64,000 nucleotides of DNA from Candidatus Omnitrophota bacterium (GCA_028715415.1 JAQURX010000005.1:43-64042), one strand, 5' to 3'. Shown: positions 39,704 to 52,428, numbered from the stretch's first letter. A program made the numbers and translations. Notes: generated by a model from the letters alone, not told the origin.

Positions 39704-42700
39704 TTATTCCTTTATCTTTTCAGTCTCTCTTACTTCTTCTTTCTTACTTACTTTTTCTTCAGCAGTTTTTACTAATTCAATTTGGCGATGATCACTAAAA
39801 CCTGTTCCAGCCGGAATAAGATGGCCTACAATAACATTTTCTTTAAGCCCAAAAAGTTCGTCTCTCTTTCCGGATGCAGCAGCTTCGGTAAGCACTCTTG
39901 TAGATTCCTGGAAACTTGCAGCAGAAATAAAGCTTTCTGTGGTAATAGAAGCTTTCGTAACACCAAGCAGTAATGGCGTGGCCTGTGCAGGCTTTCCTTC
40001 TTTTTTAATGATTTTGGCGTTTTCTTTATGGAATTTCCATTTATCAACTTGTTGAGTCGCCAAAAATTCGGTATCTCCCGGATCTTCAATTCTAACTTTT
40101 TTAAGCATCTGCCTGATGATAACTTCAATATGCTTATCATTGATCCTGACGCCTTGCAGACGATAAACTTCCTGTATTTCGTTAACCAGATATTCTTGCA
40201 AGACTTTGTCTCCGCAGACTCTTAAGATATCCTGTAAAACTACAGGCCCGTCAGTAAGCTGTTGGCCGGCATCAACTTTATCACCTTTATAAACATTAGG
40301 ATGCTTTCCATGAGGAATTACGTATTCTCTCTGCATCCCTGTGATGGACTTTACAATAATTACTCTCTGGCCTTTTTTAGTTTCACCAAATTCAACAAAA
40401 CCGTCAATTTCACTGATTACTGCGGGATCCTTAGGCCTTCTTGCTTCAAATAATTCTGCTACTCGGGGAAGACCACCTGTAATATCCCTTGTTTTAACGA
40501 CGAGTCTTGGGATTTTAGCAAGGAGTTCTCCACCGTCAACTTTCTGCCCATCTTTAACCAAAATATGGGCTCCTATAGGAATAGGATAAATTCCTGAAAC
40601 AGATTTAGATTCATCTAAAACAACAATTTGAGGATGAAATTCCTGTTTATGCTCAACGACAACGCGCTCAACCAATTTTGTAACAGGATTAAGCTCTTCT
40701 CTTACTGTTATGCCTTCGCGTAAATCTTCAAATTTAACTTCACCGGGAACTTCAGTAAGGATTGGAATAGTGTAGGGATCCCAACGTACAAATGCTATTC
40801 CCTTTGTGACCTCTGCGCCATCATCAATGCTGATAAATGCGCCCTGAGGAACAGCATATCTTTCAAGTTCTCTTCCTTGTTTATCATTAATACTTACTGC
40901 GCCGTTTCTATTTAAAACAACATTTTCTTTATTTCTTGTGGTTGATCTTACGCTATGGTATTTAACAATACCTTTATTCTTGGATTTAAAGAATGACTGC
41001 TCAACTGTCCTAGAAGCAGTTCCACCGATATGGAATGTTCTCATTGTTAGCTGGGTACCAGGTTCACCGATACTCTGCGCGGCAATTACGCCAACTGCTT
41101 CGCCCAGCTCAACGATTCTCCCGGAAGCAAGATTCCTACCGTAGCATTTTGTGCAAACTCCTCGCCCCGATTCGCAGGTTAATACGCTTCTGATACGTAT
41201 CCTTTCAATCCCTAATTTTTCTATCATATCAGCTTTTTCTTCGCTGATATCGCTGCCAGCTTCAACAATAACTTCGTCGGTTATAATATCTACTATGTTA
41301 TCCAAAGCAACTCTTCCAACAATACGGTCCTTAAGGCTAACAACAACTTCGTCACCTTCAATAATTGCAGCGACAGTAATTCCGTTAAGAGTGCCGCAAT
41401 CTAGTTCATTAACAATTACTTCCTGGGCGACATCTACAAGCCTTCTGGTTAAGTAACCAGCGTCAGCTGTTTTAAGCGCTGTATCTGCCAAACCTTTACG
41501 TGCACCGTGTGTTGAAATAAAATATTCCAAAACATTAAGGCCTTCCCTAAAATTTGCTGTAATAGGGCTTTCAATAATTTCACCTGATGGCTTTGCCATA
41601 AGTCCACGCATACCTGCAAGCTGCCTTACCTGAAGCCTAGACCCGCGGGCACCTGAATCTGCCATCATAAATATAGGATTAAAAGACTCCATGCCTTTAA
41701 ATAAAAGGTCTGATATCTTATCGGTTGCATGTGTCCAAATGTCGATAACCTTACTTTTTCTTTCGCTATCGGTAATAATACCTTTGCGATATTGATCTTC
41801 AACTTTGGAGACCTCTTCTTTAGATTCTTTCAATACATCTTTTTTCTCTACGGGAATCTGCATATCGTCAATGCCGATTGAAATTCCGCCTTTTGTCGCG
41901 AAGTCAAAACCAAGCCTCTTAATATCATCAAGAAGATTAACGGTAACCTGATTACCAAATCTCTTGTAACATTCGCCGACAACTTCTCCAACCTTGCTTT
42001 TATTTAATTCTTTATTTACATAACCAAAATCCTTAGGAAGAAGTAAATTGAACAAAACCCGGCCAACTGTAGTTGTAACCAGCTGGTTTCCGACGATATT
42101 CTTCTTTTCTTCTACATCCCAAAGATTATTAATTCTTAATTTAATGCGAGCATGTAAATCAACTGCCCCATCTTCATAGGCAACTAGAACTTCATCGGTA
42201 TTTGCAAAAATCTTATCTTCTCCGAGAGCTCCGGGTTTTTCTTTAGATAAATATGCTGTTCCTAAAATTATGTCTTGAGTTGGGGTAATAATTGGACGTC
42301 CATCTGCGGGAGAAAAAACATTATTAATAGAAAGCATTAGAATCTTTGATTCTAACTGAGATTCTAATGATAAAGGAACATGCACTGCCATCTGGTCTCC
42401 ATCAAAGTCAGCGTTAAAAGCAGTACAAACTAATGGATGGATTTTAATCGATTTTCCTTCTATTAAAACAGGCTGAAAAGCCTGAACGCCTAAACGGTGA
42501 AGTGTAGGAGCACGGTTCAAAAGCACAGGATGATCTTTGATTACTTCGTCAAGGATATCCCAAACTTCAATCTTGCCACGTTCAACCATTCTACGTGCAC
42601 CTTTAATAGTATGCACAAAACCTTTTTCTCTTAATTTTTTGATGATAAACGGCTGGAATAACTCCAGTGCCATTTGTTTTGGTAAGCCGCATTCGTGCAG

Positions 42701-43756
42701 TTTTAGCTCAGGGCCAACGACGATAACTGAACGGCCAGAGTAATCAACGCGCTTTCCTAAAAGATTCTGCCTAAACCGGCCTTGTTTTCCTTTAAGCATA
42801 TCGGAAAGTGACTTTAAAGGACGGCTATTTGCTCCGATTACTGCTTTTCCATGCCTGCCGTTATCTAAAAGTGCGTCAACTGCTTCCTGAAGCATACGTT
42901 TCTCATTGCGGATGATGATTTCAGGAGCATTTAAATCAATTAATTTCTTTAAGCGGTTGTTTCTATTGATTACTCTTCTATATAAATCATTGAGGTCGGA
43001 TGTAGCAAATCTACCGCCATCTAAAGGGACTAAAGGCCTTAAATCCGGAGGAATTACAGGAAGCATTTCTAAAATCATCCAGTCTGCTTTATTGCCGGAT
43101 TTCTTAAAGTCTTCAATAATCCTTAATACCTTGAATCCTTTTTGATTGCTTATTGCTTCTTTTGATTTCTCAAGGTCGCGGCGGATCTTGCGGCAATGTG
43201 CGTCTAAATCCAATTCTTTCAAAAGGTCGCGTACTGCCTCAGCGCCAATCTTTGCTTTAAAATTATTGCCGTATTTTTCCAGGGCTTCTTGATATTTATC
43301 TTCGCTTAAAAGCTCTTTTTTCTTTAAAGGCGAGGTTCCCGGATCAACGACAACATATTCTTCATAATAGATAACTTTTTCTAAATCTCTAAGGCCGATG
43401 TCAAGAAGAGCTGATAAACGGCTGGGGACTGCCTTAAAAAACCATATGTGGGTTACAGGAGCTGCTAATTCAATATGGCCCATACGTTCGCGCCTAACTG
43501 AAGAACGGTCTACAGTAACCTGGCAGCGGTCGCAGGTAATACCTTTAAACTTTATTCCTTTATATTTTCCGCAGTTACATTCCCAATCACGGACAGGGCC
43601 GAAAATCTTTTCGCAGAACAACCCGTCTTTTTCTGGTTTAAGTGTGCGGTAATTGATGGTTTCAGCTTTTTTCACCTCACCTTTTGACCAGGACTTAATT
43701 ATCTGAGGAGAAGCTATTTTTATACTTATACTATCAAATGTAATTATCTCATCCAT
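39704..43756 (-). CDS. rpoC: DNA-directed RNA polymerase beta-prime subunit
   Basis: 1350 aa; [12 protein letters not shown] active-site motif, Zn-binding CNCGKY...C..C. Confidence 0.95.
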   Translation of the reverse strand: MDEIITFDSISIKIASPQIIKSWSKGEVKKAETINYRTLKPEKDGLFCEKIFGPVRDWECNCGKYKGIKFKGITCDRCQVTVDRSSVRRERMGHIELAAPVTHIWFFKAVPSRLSALLDIGLRDLEKVIYYEEYVVVDPGTSPLKKKELLSEDKYQEALEKYGNNFKAKIGAEAVRDLLKELDLDAHCRKIRRDLEKSKEAISNQKGFKVLRIIEDFKKSGNKADWMILEMLPVIPPDLRPLVPLDGGRFATSDLNDLYRRVINRNNRLKKLIDLNAPEIIIRNEKRMLQEAVDALLDNGRHGKAVIGANSRPLKSLSDMLKGKQGRFRQNLLGKRVDYSGRSVIVVGPELKLHECGLPKQMALELFQPFIIKKLREKGFVHTIKGARRMVERGKIEVWDILDEVIKDHPVLLNRAPTLHRLGVQAFQPVLIEGKSIKIHPLVCTAFNADFDGDQMAVHVPLSLESQLESKILMLSINNVFSPADGRPIITPTQDIILGTAYLSKEKPGALGEDKIFANTDEVLVAYEDGAVDLHARIKLRINNLWDVEEKKNIVGNQLVTTTVGRVLFNLLLPKDFGYVNKELNKSKVGEVVGECYKRFGNQVTVNLLDDIKRLGFDFATKGGISIGIDDMQIPVEKKDVLKESKEEVSKVEDQYRKGIITDSERKSKVIDIWTHATDKISDLLFKGMESFNPIFMMADSGARGSRLQVRQLAGMRGLMAKPSGEIIESPITANFREGLNVLEYFISTHGARKGLADTALKTADAGYLTRRLVDVAQEVIVNELDCGTLNGITVAAIIEGDEVVVSLKDRIVGRVALDNIVDIITDEVIVEAGSDISEEKADMIEKLGIERIRIRSVLTCESGRGVCTKCYGRNLASGRIVELGEAVGVIAAQSIGEPGTQLTMRTFHIGGTASRTVEQSFFKSKNKGIVKYHSVRSTTRNKENVVLNRNGAVSINDKQGRELERYAVPQGAFISIDDGAEVTKGIAFVRWDPYTIPILTEVPGEVKFEDLREGITVREELNPVTKLVERVVVEHKQEFHPQIVVLDESKSVSGIYPIPIGAHILVKDGQKVDGGELLAKIPRLVVKTRDITGGLPRVAELFEARRPKDPAVISEIDGFVEFGETKKGQRVIIVKSITGMQREYVIPHGKHPNVYKGDKVDAGQQLTDGPVVLQDILRVCGDKVLQEYLVNEIQEVYRLQGVRINDKHIEVIIRQMLKKVRIEDPGDTEFLATQQVDKWKFHKENAKIIKKEGKPAQATPLLLGVTKASITTESFISAASFQESTRVLTEAAASGKRDELFGLKENVIVGHLIPAGTGFSDHRQIELVKTAEEKVSKKEEVRETEKIKE

Positions 43757-46700
43757 TATTTTGCCTTTTCTGTTCTGATATCCAGGCCTAAGCCCTGAAG
43801 TTCTTTAATTAACACGTTAAATGACTCAGGAATACCGTGGGATAAGCGTTGTTCACCTTTAACGATTGCTTCATATATGCGGGTCCTTCCGGCAACGTCG
43901 TCGCTTTTTACAGTAAGCATTTCCTGTAATGTAAAAGCAGCTCCGTATGCCTCAAGCGCCCAAACTTCCATTTCCCCTAATCTCTGGCCACCGAATTGTG
44001 CTTTACCGCCTAATGGTTGCTGAGTTACTAAGGAATATGGTCCAATTGAACGAGCATGAATCTTTTCATCAACTAAATGTATAAGTTTCATAATATACAC
44101 ATATCCAACAGTAATTTTTTGATCAAACTGTCTTCCGGTATATCCGTCATAAAGATTGATTTTTCCATCTTCGGGAAGCCCTGCTTTCTTTAGCATTTCT
44201 TTTATTTCGCTTTCTCTTGCTCCGTCAAAGACAGGACAACTTACATGTAAACCCAACATTTTTGCAGCCCAACCAAGGTGGCATTCAAGAATCTGCCCTA
44301 CATTCATACGTGAAGGAACGCCTAAGGGATTCAAGATTACATCAATAGGACGGCCATCTGGCATATAAGGCATATCTTCTTCGGGTAAAATGCGCGCCAC
44401 AACACCTTTATTACCGTGACGGCCTGCTAATTTATCCCCTTCAGCAAGCTTACGCTTTGTTGCAATATACGCAACTACTCTTTTTAATACGCCTGCGGGT
44501 AATTCATCTCCACGCCTTACTTTCTCAATTTCCTGTTCTTCTTCAGCCAAAAGCTCCTGAATCTGCTCATCAAAAGAAGCAGATAGAATCTTTGCTTCCT
44601 CATTTTCTCCCAGATCCATCTTTTCAAGCTTTTTAGCGTCAACGCCGAGAATCTTGCTTAAGCGGGAAATCTTTTCAGTCTGAACAAATTCTATTTCTTG
44701 CTTATAATAAGCTTTTAATTCTTTAATCTTTGCTAATTCTTTAGTTTTCTCTTCTTTTGATTTTCTGCCGCGATCCTTACGGGAAAAGATATGCACATCA
44801 ATGACAACACCTTCAACTCCGGGAGGAACAATCAAAGAAGTATCGCGTACATCTCCTGCTTTTTCCCCGAAGATTGCGCGTAAAAGCCTTTCTTCCGGAG
44901 AAGGTTCAGAATCTGTCTTTGGTGTAATTTTTCCTACAAGAATATCCCCCGGGCCTACTTCAGCTCCGATGCGGATAATCCCGTTTTCATCAAGATTCCT
45001 TAATGCATCTTCATTAACATTAGGGATGTCACGAGTAATTTCTTCATTTCCTAAACGAGTTTCTGTTGCTTCAATTTCAAATTCTTCAATATGTATAGAA
45101 GTAAAAGCATCTTCTCTAACTAACTTTTCATTGATAATTATAGCGTCTTCAAAATTGTAACCGCGCCATGGCATAAAGGCACAAAGTACATTAGTTCCCA
45201 GCGCAAGTTCGCCGTTATTTGTAGCAATACCATCAGCAATGATATCGCCTTTTTCAACATGATCGCCTACTTTTACTAAAGGCCGTTGATTTAAACAGGT
45301 ATCAGCATTGGTACGTAAAAATTTCTTAAGATGGTAAATCTTTTTCCCGATAACAATAGTCGTAGAATCAACACTGGTAACCTTTCCTGAATCTTCTGCG
45401 ACTACAACTGTGCCGGAATCACGGGCAACTTTTTCTTCCATAGCAGTGCCGACAATAGGTGGTTGCGGAATCATTAAAGGAACTGCCTGGCGTTGCATAT
45501 TTGAACCCATCAAAGCACGGTTTGCGTCATCATGCTCTAAGAATGGTATTAAGGAAGCAGCGACTGAAACTAACTGCTTAGGAGAAACATCCATATACTG
45601 GACTTGTTTTCCAGGTACTTTAGGAAAATCATCTTTAAAACGGCAGCTAACACTTGACTCAGAAAAAGTTCCATCAGGGTCTAAAGGAACATTGGCCTGA
45701 GCAATTATCTTATCTTCTTCTATGTCTGCAGTTAAATAATCAATTTTTTTAGTAACCTTTCCATCTTCAGCTTTTCTATAAGGAGTTTCTAATAAACCAA
45801 GGGTATTTACTCTTGCATAGGTGCTTAAAGAAGCAATTAAACCGATATTCGGGCCTTCAGGAGTTTCAATGGGGCAAACCCTGCCATAATGCGAAGGATG
45901 GATATCTCTTACTTCAAAACCAGCTCTTTCGCGGGATAAACCACCGGGGCCTAAAGCACTCAACCTTCTCTTGTGGGTCATTTCAGCCAATGGGTTTACC
46001 TGATCCATAAACTGAGATAACTGGCTTCGTGCAAAGAAATCTCTAATCTGATTAGACAAAAGTTTGGAATTTACAAGATAGTGCACATTAAGATTCTCAA
46101 CTTCACCAAGTATTCCTAATCTTTCTCTGATAGAACGTTCAACGCGCGACAAACCAATTCTAACCTGATTTTGAACCAACTCTCCAACTGTCTTAACACG
46201 GCGGTTTCCTAAATGGTCAATATCGTCAATTTTTCCAACATTATCTTTTAGCCTGATAAGATACTCAATAACTTTGATTACCGTCGCAGAATCAAGGATA
46301 CGTTTTTCTAAGGAAACATCCATCCCTAGTTTTCTGTTAAGGATAAATCTTCCTGCACGCTCCAAATCGTATCTGCCCGGATCAAAGAATAATCTATAAA
46401 ACAGGCCTTCTGCAGCTTCTTTTGTTACCGGCTCTGTTGGCCTCATTTTTCTATAAAAATCCAAATACGCTTCTTCTTTATTCTTGGTGGTATCTTTCTT
46501 TAAGGTGTTCGCAATCTCCGGATATTCCTTGCCAAAAGCATTAATTATTTCAGCATCCGTGGAAAATCCAAGGATTCTTAAAATTTGAGTCGCAGGAAAA
46601 TTTCTGCGCCTGTCAACATAAGCAAGTATAGTCCCGGTTAAGTCATATTTAAATTCAAGCCAAGCTCCACGATAAGGGATAACCCTGCCGTAGAAAATCT

Positions 46701-47160
46701 TTTTGCCAGTAGGGTGCAATTCTTCTTCAAAAGAAACGCCCGGAGAGCGTTGTAACTGGCTTACTACTACTCGCTCATCACCATTGATAATGAAAGTTCC
46801 GGTTTCCGTCATTAATGGTATTTCGCCAAAATAAGCATCCTGCTCTTTAGTCTCAGAAGGAGTAGTTAGCCTGAACTTTACCTTAAGCGGAGAGGCAAAA
46901 GAAAGCCCTCTATTTTTAGATTCAGAAATTGTATATTTCGGCTTTCCTAACGAATAAGAAATAAACTCAAGCTTTACAGTACGGTCAGCATTCTCAATAG
47001 GCAGAATTTCTTCAAAAACTTCCTGTAAGCCAATACGTTTTCTTTGGTGCACAGGAACATCAAGTTGCAGAAATTCATGAAATGCCTCAAGCTGCACATC
47101 AAGCAGATTAGGCAAATCATAGACCTCTTTAATTTTTGCAAAATTCTTGCGTTTAATCAT
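43756..47160 (-). CDS. rpoB: DNA-directed RNA polymerase beta subunit
   Basis: 1134 aa; conserved rifampicin-cluster and C-terminal motifs. Confidence 0.95.
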   Translation of the reverse strand: MIKRKNFAKIKEVYDLPNLLDVQLEAFHEFLQLDVPVHQRKRIGLQEVFEEILPIENADRTVKLEFISYSLGKPKYTISESKNRGLSFASPLKVKFRLTTPSETKEQDAYFGEIPLMTETGTFIINGDERVVVSQLQRSPGVSFEEELHPTGKKIFYGRVIPYRGAWLEFKYDLTGTILAYVDRRRNFPATQILRILGFSTDAEIINAFGKEYPEIANTLKKDTTKNKEEAYLDFYRKMRPTEPVTKEAAEGLFYRLFFDPGRYDLERAGRFILNRKLGMDVSLEKRILDSATVIKVIEYLIRLKDNVGKIDDIDHLGNRRVKTVGELVQNQVRIGLSRVERSIRERLGILGEVENLNVHYLVNSKLLSNQIRDFFARSQLSQFMDQVNPLAEMTHKRRLSALGPGGLSRERAGFEVRDIHPSHYGRVCPIETPEGPNIGLIASLSTYARVNTLGLLETPYRKAEDGKVTKKIDYLTADIEEDKIIAQANVPLDPDGTFSESSVSCRFKDDFPKVPGKQVQYMDVSPKQLVSVAASLIPFLEHDDANRALMGSNMQRQAVPLMIPQPPIVGTAMEEKVARDSGTVVVAEDSGKVTSVDSTTIVIGKKIYHLKKFLRTNADTCLNQRPLVKVGDHVEKGDIIADGIATNNGELALGTNVLCAFMPWRGYNFEDAIIINEKLVREDAFTSIHIEEFEIEATETRLGNEEITRDIPNVNEDALRNLDENGIIRIGAEVGPGDILVGKITPKTDSEPSPEERLLRAIFGEKAGDVRDTSLIVPPGVEGVVIDVHIFSRKDRGRKSKEEKTKELAKIKELKAYYKQEIEFVQTEKISRLSKILGVDAKKLEKMDLGENEEAKILSASFDEQIQELLAEEEQEIEKVRRGDELPAGVLKRVVAYIATKRKLAEGDKLAGRHGNKGVVARILPEEDMPYMPDGRPIDVILNPLGVPSRMNVGQILECHLGWAAKMLGLHVSCPVFDGARESEIKEMLKKAGLPEDGKINLYDGYTGRQFDQKITVGYVYIMKLIHLVDEKIHARSIGPYSLVTQQPLGGKAQFGGQRLGEMEVWALEAYGAAFTLQEMLTVKSDDVAGRTRIYEAIVKGEQRLSHGIPESFNVLIKELQGLGLDIRTEKAK

Positions 47161-47202
47161 TTTCTAACCTATTCCTTAAGCTTAGTTAAATCCGCTTTTT
47201 TA

Positions 47203-47592
47203 TTATTTTAATTCTACTGTTGCGCCAGCTGCTTCTAATTTCTTTTTCATATCCTCAGCCTCTTCTTTTGTTGCGCCATCTTTGATCGGCTTTGGAGCAG
47301 CATCAACTAAGTCTTTGGCTTCTTTTAAACCAAGGCTTGTCATGGTTCTTACTTCTTTGATTACCGCGATTTTGTTAGCACCAGCACTTGTTAAAACTAC
47401 GGTAAACGTGCTTTTTTCTTCAGCAGCTGCTGCAGCACCACCGGCAGAAGCACCTGCGGCAGGAGCGGCCATCATCGGCATATTAGCCTTTACGCCAAAT
47501 TTCTCCTCTAATGCTTTAACTAAATCAGAAAGCTCTAATACTGTCATGCTCTCTATAGATTTAATCATTTCATCCAATTTTTCAGTTGCCAT
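47203..47592 (-). CDS. rplL: 50S ribosomal protein L7/L12
   Basis: 129 aa; Ala-rich hinge, C-terminal GLKEAKDLV. Confidence 0.9.
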   Translation of the reverse strand: MATEKLDEMIKSIESMTVLELSDLVKALEEKFGVKANMPMMAAPAAGASAGGAAAAAEEKSTFTVVLTSAGANKIAVIKEVRTMTSLGLKEAKDLVDAAPKPIKDGATKEEAEDMKKKLEAAGATVELK

Positions 47593-47606
47593 TTTGTTTC
47601 CTCCTT

Positions 47607-48134
47607 TTAACTAGTCTTTTTTTGTTTGATTTGATCTAAGCAAATAACAAATTTCGCCAATACCTGATTTAAAGTGATTACTATTCCTGATATTGGCGAA
47701 TTTAATGCCATAACAACCTGTGCTCTTAAAACTTCTTTTGAAGGAAGTGAAGCTAAATGTTCAATATCCTTTTTCTCAAGGATTTTATCTTTTAAAGCCC
47801 CACCTTCTAATATTAAATGTTCATGTTCTTTTGAGAAATTACACAATGCTTTAGAAGCTGCTACCGGCTCTTCCTTAATAAACACAAAGCCGCAAGGCCC
47901 TTCTACGTTCTTAATTAATGTATCAAGCCCAGCTTCTTTAAGCGCACGACGTGCAACTGAATTCTTAGGGACAAAAAGATTGGCGTTGGCAGCTTTAAGA
48001 ACCATCCTTAAAGAGCTTAAATCCGGACTTTTAAGGCCGGAATATTTTATAACATAGACTGCGCTTGATTCTTTTATTGTGCTTTTAATCTTCTTTTCCG
48101 AAACTTCTTTGACTATTAAGCCGACCTTTTTCAT
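47607..48134 (-). CDS. rplJ: 50S ribosomal protein L10
   Basis: 175 aa; position between L1 and L7/L12. Confidence 0.85.
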   Translation of the reverse strand: MKKVGLIVKEVSEKKIKSTIKESSAVYVIKYSGLKSPDLSSLRMVLKAANANLFVPKNSVARRALKEAGLDTLIKNVEGPCGFVFIKEEPVAASKALCNFSKEHEHLILEGGALKDKILEKKDIEHLASLPSKEVLRAQVVMALNSPISGIVITLNQVLAKFVICLDQIKQKKTS

Positions 48135-48814
48135 ATTACTAACCTTACTCCCGGGTTCATTGATGTGGAAATTGAAAGTGATTTTACGAATTTTCCTTTA
48201 ACTGTAGAAGGCTTTGATTCGGTGAGCGCTTCAATTACTTTAGAAGCGTTATCGTATAATTTATCCTCGCCAAAAGAAATTTTACCTACTGCTAAATGTA
48301 CTCCACCTTGCTTGTCTACACGAAATTCAACTTTACCTTTTTTAACATCTTCAATAGCTTTTGTAATATCATTTGTTACTGTTCCTGTTTTTGGGCTAGG
48401 CATAAGTCCGCGGGGGCCAAGTACTTTACCAAGTTTACTTAAATCTTTCATCATTTCCGGAGTTGCAATTGCGCAATCAAAATCCATAAAACCACCCGCA
48501 ACTTTTTCAATTAATTCAAGTCCGCCGACTAAATCCGCATTTGCTTCTTTTGCCTGTTTTTCATGCTCGCCTTTACAGAAAACAGCAACTCTAACTTTTT
48601 TACCGGTTCCATGGGGCAGAATAACAGTGCCTCTTACCATTTGTTCTGATTTTTTAGTATCAACACTTAAATTAAAATGCAAATCCACAGAAGCGTCAAA
48701 TTTCGGCGCAGGAAGTTTTTTAAGCAAAGCTATCGCTTCTTTTAAAGGAAATGTTTTTTCTTTATCGGTAACGCTCTTTTCTGATTCTTTGTATCGCTTG
48801 CTTCTAATTTTCAT
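48131..48814 (-). CDS. rplA: 50S ribosomal protein L1
   Basis: 227 aa; conserved. Confidence 0.9.
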   Translation of the reverse strand: MKIRSKRYKESEKSVTDKEKTFPLKEAIALLKKLPAPKFDASVDLHFNLSVDTKKSEQMVRGTVILPHGTGKKVRVAVFCKGEHEKQAKEANADLVGGLELIEKVAGGFMDFDCAIATPEMMKDLSKLGKVLGPRGLMPSPKTGTVTNDITKAIEDVKKGKVEFRVDKQGGVHLAVGKISFGEDKLYDNASKVIEALTESKPSTVKGKFVKSLSISTSMNPGVRLVI

Positions 48815-48822
48815 ATTAGTAT

Positions 48823-49251
48823 TTAGCCTTCTACTGTTATCCCCATGCTTCGGGCAGTGCCTTCAATGCTTTTCATTGCCTGAACAAGGTCAGAGGTATT
48901 TAAATCAGCATTTTTCAATTTAGCGATTTCCTCTATTTGTTTTTTTGTTACTTTTCCGATTGTTTCCCAACCACTTAAGCCCGAGGCCTTTGCTAAATTA
49001 GCAGCACGCTTAAGCAATATTGATGTTGGTGGGCTCTTAATAATAAAGGTAAAAGACCTGTCTTCAAATACACTGATGACTACAGGAAGGATCAAACCAT
49101 CTCTTCCTTTAGTCTGGTCATTAAACTGTTTGCAAAAACCCATAATGTTAACACCGTGCTGGCCTAATGCAGGTCCAACCGGAGGCGCTGGATTTGCAGC
49201 GCCAGCAGGAACGTGTAACTTGATTTGTGCTTTAATAACTTTTTTAGCCAT
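48823..49251 (-). CDS. rplK: 50S ribosomal protein L11
   Basis: [30 protein letters not shown]. Confidence 0.9.
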   Translation of the reverse strand: MAKKVIKAQIKLHVPAGAANPAPPVGPALGQHGVNIMGFCKQFNDQTKGRDGLILPVVISVFEDRSFTFIIKSPPTSILLKRAANLAKASGLSGWETIGKVTKKQIEEIAKLKNADLNTSDLVQAMKSIEGTARSMGITVEG

Positions 49252-49255
49252 AGTA

Positions 49256-49783
49256 TTATATTTTTTCTACTTGCCAGTATTCTAATTCAACTGGTGTTGC
49301 TCTGCCAAAAATTGAAACACTGACCTTGATTTTACCTTTTTCAGGATGAATTTCGTCAATTGTACCGTTGAAATTTACAAATGGACCCTCTGTTACCCTA
49401 ACCTGCTCGCCTTTTTCAAAGATTACCTTAGGGCTTGGTTTGGTTTGAGTGTCCTTTGTTTTCTTTAAGATATTGTCTATTTCTCCTTGAGGCAAAGGCA
49501 TTGGTTTTTTCCCTAATCCGATAAATCCTGTGATGCCTGGGGTAGTTTTAACAAAAAGGAAGGTTTTTTCGCTTAATTCCATTTCAACTAAAAGATAACC
49601 TGGAAAGAATTTTCTTTGAGATATCTTCTTTTTGCCAGAACGAATCTCAGAAATCTGCTCGGTTGGAATAACTATACTACAAATATCTTCCTGCAAGCCC
49701 TCTGAAGCAATTCTTTTTTCCAAGGTAGCCTTAACCCTGTCTTCTAATCCTGTTTGTGTGTGAACGACGTACCAGTTTTTCAT
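49256..49783 (-). CDS. nusG: Transcription termination/antitermination factor NusG
   Basis: [20 protein letters not shown] domain, C-terminal KOW. Confidence 0.9.
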   Translation of the reverse strand: MKNWYVVHTQTGLEDRVKATLEKRIASEGLQEDICSIVIPTEQISEIRSGKKKISQRKFFPGYLLVEMELSEKTFLFVKTTPGITGFIGLGKKPMPLPQGEIDNILKKTKDTQTKPSPKVIFEKGEQVRVTEGPFVNFNGTIDEIHPEKGKIKVSVSIFGRATPVELEYWQVEKI

Positions 49784-49971
49784 CTGAACAAAAAGCTTAA
49801 AAATTTAGAAAGAATCACATCTACCAGTCCTATAAAGACCCCGAGTATGGTTGTTATGGCTATAACCACAAGCGTTGAATCCATCAGTTCATGCCGGCTA
49901 GACCAAGCAACCTTACTTAATTCTACTTTTACTTCTTTTACAAAATTTATCGGTTTCTGCACTAAGTTCAT
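49780..49971 (-). CDS. secE: Preprotein translocase subunit SecE
   Basis: 63 aa, single C-terminal TM helix, upstream of nusG. Confidence 0.8.
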   Translation of the reverse strand: MNLVQKPINFVKEVKVELSKVAWSSRHELMDSTLVVIAITTILGVFIGLVDVILSKFLSFLFR

Positions 49972-49998
49972 TTTTTCCTTGTAGTAACTCTTTTGATA

Positions 49999-50070
49999 CA
50001 GGGACGGAGGGACTTGAACCCCCAGTTCCGGTTTTGGAGACCGGTGGTTTACCAGTTAACCGACGTCCCT
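49999..50070 (-). tRNA. tRNA-Trp (anticodon CCA)
   Basis: Minus-strand read AGGGACG-tc-GGTT-aactggtaa-AACC-a-CCGGT-CTCCAAA-ACCGG-aactg-GGGGG-ttcaagt-CCCTC-CGTCCCT-g; clean cloverleaf. Confidence 0.85.
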
Positions 50071-50120
50071 AATCTTAAAAATGGCGGGAAGCCATTAACC
50101 GACGCCCCCTTACCCCTTAC

Positions 50121-50270
50121 CTACTTGATTTCTTTATGTGGGGTATGCTTATGACAGAAACGGCAATATTTTTTGGTTTCTAATCTGTCTTGATGCAGTT
50201 TCTTATTCTTCTTTGTAGTGTAATTTCTATTTTTACAAACCGTACACTCTAACGTAATTATTTCGCGCAT
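50121..50270 (-). CDS. rpmG: 50S ribosomal protein L33 (Zn-ribbon type)
   Basis: Not in the ORF track (49 aa). [49 protein letters not shown] with CxxC...CxxC. Confidence 0.8.
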   Translation of the reverse strand: MREIITLECTVCKNRNYTTKKNKKLHQDRLETKKYCRFCHKHTPHKEIK

Positions 50271-50318
50271 AATTAAACCTACCTGGACCTTAGTTCGTTT
50301 TTAGGCTTTAGTAATTTA

Positions 50319-50391
50319 AGCTGGAGACGAGAATTGAACTCGTGACCCCGTCCTTACCAAGGACGTGCTCTGCCAACTGAGCTACTCCAGC
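50319..50391 (-). tRNA. tRNA-Thr (anticodon GGU)
   Basis: Minus-strand read GCTGGAG-ta-GCTC-agttggc-aGAGC-a-CGTCC-TTGGTAA-GGACG-gggtc-ACGAG-ttcaatt-CTCGT-CTCCAGC-t. Confidence 0.85.
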
Positions 50392-50564
50392 AAATGGATG
50401 CGCTCGTCGGCTAATCTAATAATCTTGGTAAATTCCACATTTACCCTTCTATTTGTCAAAATAGTAAAAAACTCTTCCCCATAAAGAATTTTTCAATTCT
50501 TTATTTCTTTTTATTTATAATTACACAATAATATTGATGAATCAGAATTTCGTAAAGATAGAAG

Positions 50565-50593
50565 AGTATATATTACCAATTGTTTCTTGTCAA
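50565..50593 (-). promoter_or_regulatory. Sigma70-like promoter (TTGACA -17- TATACT) upstream of the tRNA-Thr/rpmG/tRNA-Trp/secE array
   Basis: Minus-strand read cTTGACAagaaacaattggtaataTATACTctt. It lies just downstream of the rsmA stop and about 170 nt upstream of tRNA-Thr. Confidence 0.35.
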
Positions 50594-50602
50594 GCATTTT
50601 TT

Positions 50603-51397
50603 TTAATTATTTTTCAGATTTGAGAGATTTGCGAAATCATTAAGGCTCAATGATTCAGGGCGGGTATTCTCATCAATATTAAATTCTTTAAAAAAGTGTA
50701 AAAGTAGTTCTTTAGAAACAACATTTTCAAGGCTGTTCCTTAGGGTTTTTCTTCTTTTATTAAAAGCTGCTCTGATTATCTTAAAAAACCTACCCTCTTC
50801 GTTCAAGTGAACCGGAGGCACTTGCCTTGTTTTTAAAAGCACTAAGCTGGAGTCAACCTTTGGCACTGGGAAAAAACAATTCCTGCTGATTTTAAACATT
50901 ATTTTTGGCTCTGTAAAATACTGTACAAAGCAACTAAATGATCCGTAGTCTTTTGTGCCCGGGCTTGCAATTATTCTCTCAGCAAATTCTTTCTGTACTG
51001 TTAAGAAAGCTTCACTAATAAAATCCCTTGAGTCAATTAATTTCTCAATAATTGGGCTTGATATATAATAAGGGATATTTCCAAATACCTTTATCTTTTG
51101 TTTATGCTTTGCGAATATCTCTTCAATGTTCAGTTTTAGGATATCCTTGTTTATTATTGAAATACTTTTTAAATCACTGAGATTTTCATTTAGTAAATTG
51201 CTTAATACGGTATCAATCTCTACTGCATACACGTGATTTACAAAGCCTGCGATAATGCGGGTTAGCTCTCCTTTGCCGGGCCCTATCTCAAGGACAATGT
51301 CAGAAGGCTTTAACCCAAGGGCATAAATAATTTTATTCCTGATATTCTTGTCAATAAGGAAATTTTGGCCTAACCGTTTTTTTGGTTTAATGTGCAT
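50603..51397 (-). CDS. rsmA: 16S rRNA (adenine1518/1519-N6)-dimethyltransferase RsmA/KsgA
   Basis: LGQNFLIDKNI...VLEIGPGKGELT. Confidence 0.85.
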   Translation of the reverse strand: MHIKPKKRLGQNFLIDKNIRNKIIYALGLKPSDIVLEIGPGKGELTRIIAGFVNHVYAVEIDTVLSNLLNENLSDLKSISIINKDILKLNIEEIFAKHKQKIKVFGNIPYYISSPIIEKLIDSRDFISEAFLTVQKEFAERIIASPGTKDYGSFSCFVQYFTEPKIMFKISRNCFFPVPKVDSSLVLLKTRQVPPVHLNEEGRFFKIIRAAFNKRRKTLRNSLENVVSKELLLHFFKEFNIDENTRPESLSLNDFANLSNLKNN

Positions 51398-52326
51398 TGT
51401 ATGGCAAGTTTAATTGCTTCTATTAAAGAACCTGAGTCTGCTCTATTGGGAGATTTTGCGATGTCAAAAGCAGTGCCATGCAAAGGAGAAGTCCTTACAA
51501 AAGGAAGCCCTATGGTAATATTTACCCCTTCGTTCTTTCCTGTCAACTTAAGAGGTATCAAGGCCTGATCATGGAACATAGCCACTACACAATCAAATTC
51601 CTTGTTGTAGGCCTTATAAATTGCCACATCTGCGGATAAAGGGCCGCTGATGTCAACTTTAGACTTTAGCCTTAAATCTCTAACCGCAGGCTTAATTACC
51701 TTGTTTTCTTCATTTCCAATTACGCCATTATCAGAAGCATGCGGGTTTAAACCGGAAATTACAATTCTTGGTTCTTTTATTGCAAACATTCTTTTTAAAG
51801 CGCAATTTGCCAAAAGCACAGCTTTCTTAATCCCTTGTTTATCGATTCGCAAAGAGACATTGTTTAGAGGAATATGGCGGGTAACAAGCAGAGTTTTTAA
51901 ACAATTATTAATTAACATCATCTCAAACTTGTTTACTTTAAAACTTTCTGCAATATATTCAGTATGCCCGCTAAATTTTATACCTGCCCTATTAATGGCT
52001 TCTTTTGAAACTGGACAGGTAACTAAACAATCTACTTGATTTGTTTTAAGCAAGTCCAATGCTTTATTTAGATATTCTATTGAAGCCCTGCCGTATTCTT
52101 TCTTTATCTTTCCAAAAGAAAAGCCCTTCCGGGGAACATTATCTAAATCAATGAGCTTTACATTGCTAAACTTATGCTTGTGCCAGCCAACTTTGTTAAG
52201 CACAAACTCAGAGCCAATTATTGTAAAATCTGCACATCTATTTAACTTCCTAAGGGCTTTAACGAGAATCACCGGGCCAATCCCTGAAGGATCCCCCATT
52301 GTTATGCAAACTTTGATTTTTTTCAT
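51370..52326 (-). CDS. pdxA: 4-hydroxythreonine-4-phosphate dehydrogenase PdxA
   Basis: ITMGDPSGIGPVILVKAL...; HGTAFDIA; surA-pdxA-rsmA linkage as in E. coli. Confidence 0.85.
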   Translation of the reverse strand: MKKIKVCITMGDPSGIGPVILVKALRKLNRCADFTIIGSEFVLNKVGWHKHKFSNVKLIDLDNVPRKGFSFGKIKKEYGRASIEYLNKALDLLKTNQVDCLVTCPVSKEAINRAGIKFSGHTEYIAESFKVNKFEMMLINNCLKTLLVTRHIPLNNVSLRIDKQGIKKAVLLANCALKRMFAIKEPRIVISGLNPHASDNGVIGNEENKVIKPAVRDLRLKSKVDISGPLSADVAIYKAYNKEFDCVVAMFHDQALIPLKLTGKNEGVNITIGLPFVRTSPLHGTAFDIAKSPNRADSGSLIEAIKLAIQCTLNQKNG

Positions 52327-52334
52327 TGGTTTTT

Positions 52335-52398
52335 TGTCATTCCCGTGGAAACGGGAATCTACGCTATTTCCTGGATACCTGCTTTCGCAGGTATGACA
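52335..52398. repeat. Palindromic repeat unit A'' (H1' + H2'') directly upstream of the pdxA start
   Basis: tgtcattcccgTggaaAcgggaatctacgctatttcctggatAcctgctttcgcaggTatgaca. Both stems carry compensatory substitutions relative to the 7430 copy. Confidence 0.8.
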
Positions 52399-52428
52399 AG
52401 ACTAAAAGGTATGACGGATTAAACAGAT

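Noticed and set aside
48165-48923. 252-aa plus-strand ORF (also the plus-strand ORFs at 6936-7559, 35783-36226, 41151-41456, 60180-60788 and others)
   Set aside because: All lie antisense to strongly supported minus-strand genes (rplA, the KS gene, tuf, rpoC, hisF). They are low-complexity Ser/Pro/Leu-rich shadow ORFs with no recognisable motifs.
50071-50120. Small hairpin aatggc-ggga-gccatt between rpmG and tRNA-Trp as a terminator
   Set aside because: The stem is only 6 bp and AT-rich with a weak T-tract, and co-transcription with tRNA-Trp is more likely; support is insufficient.
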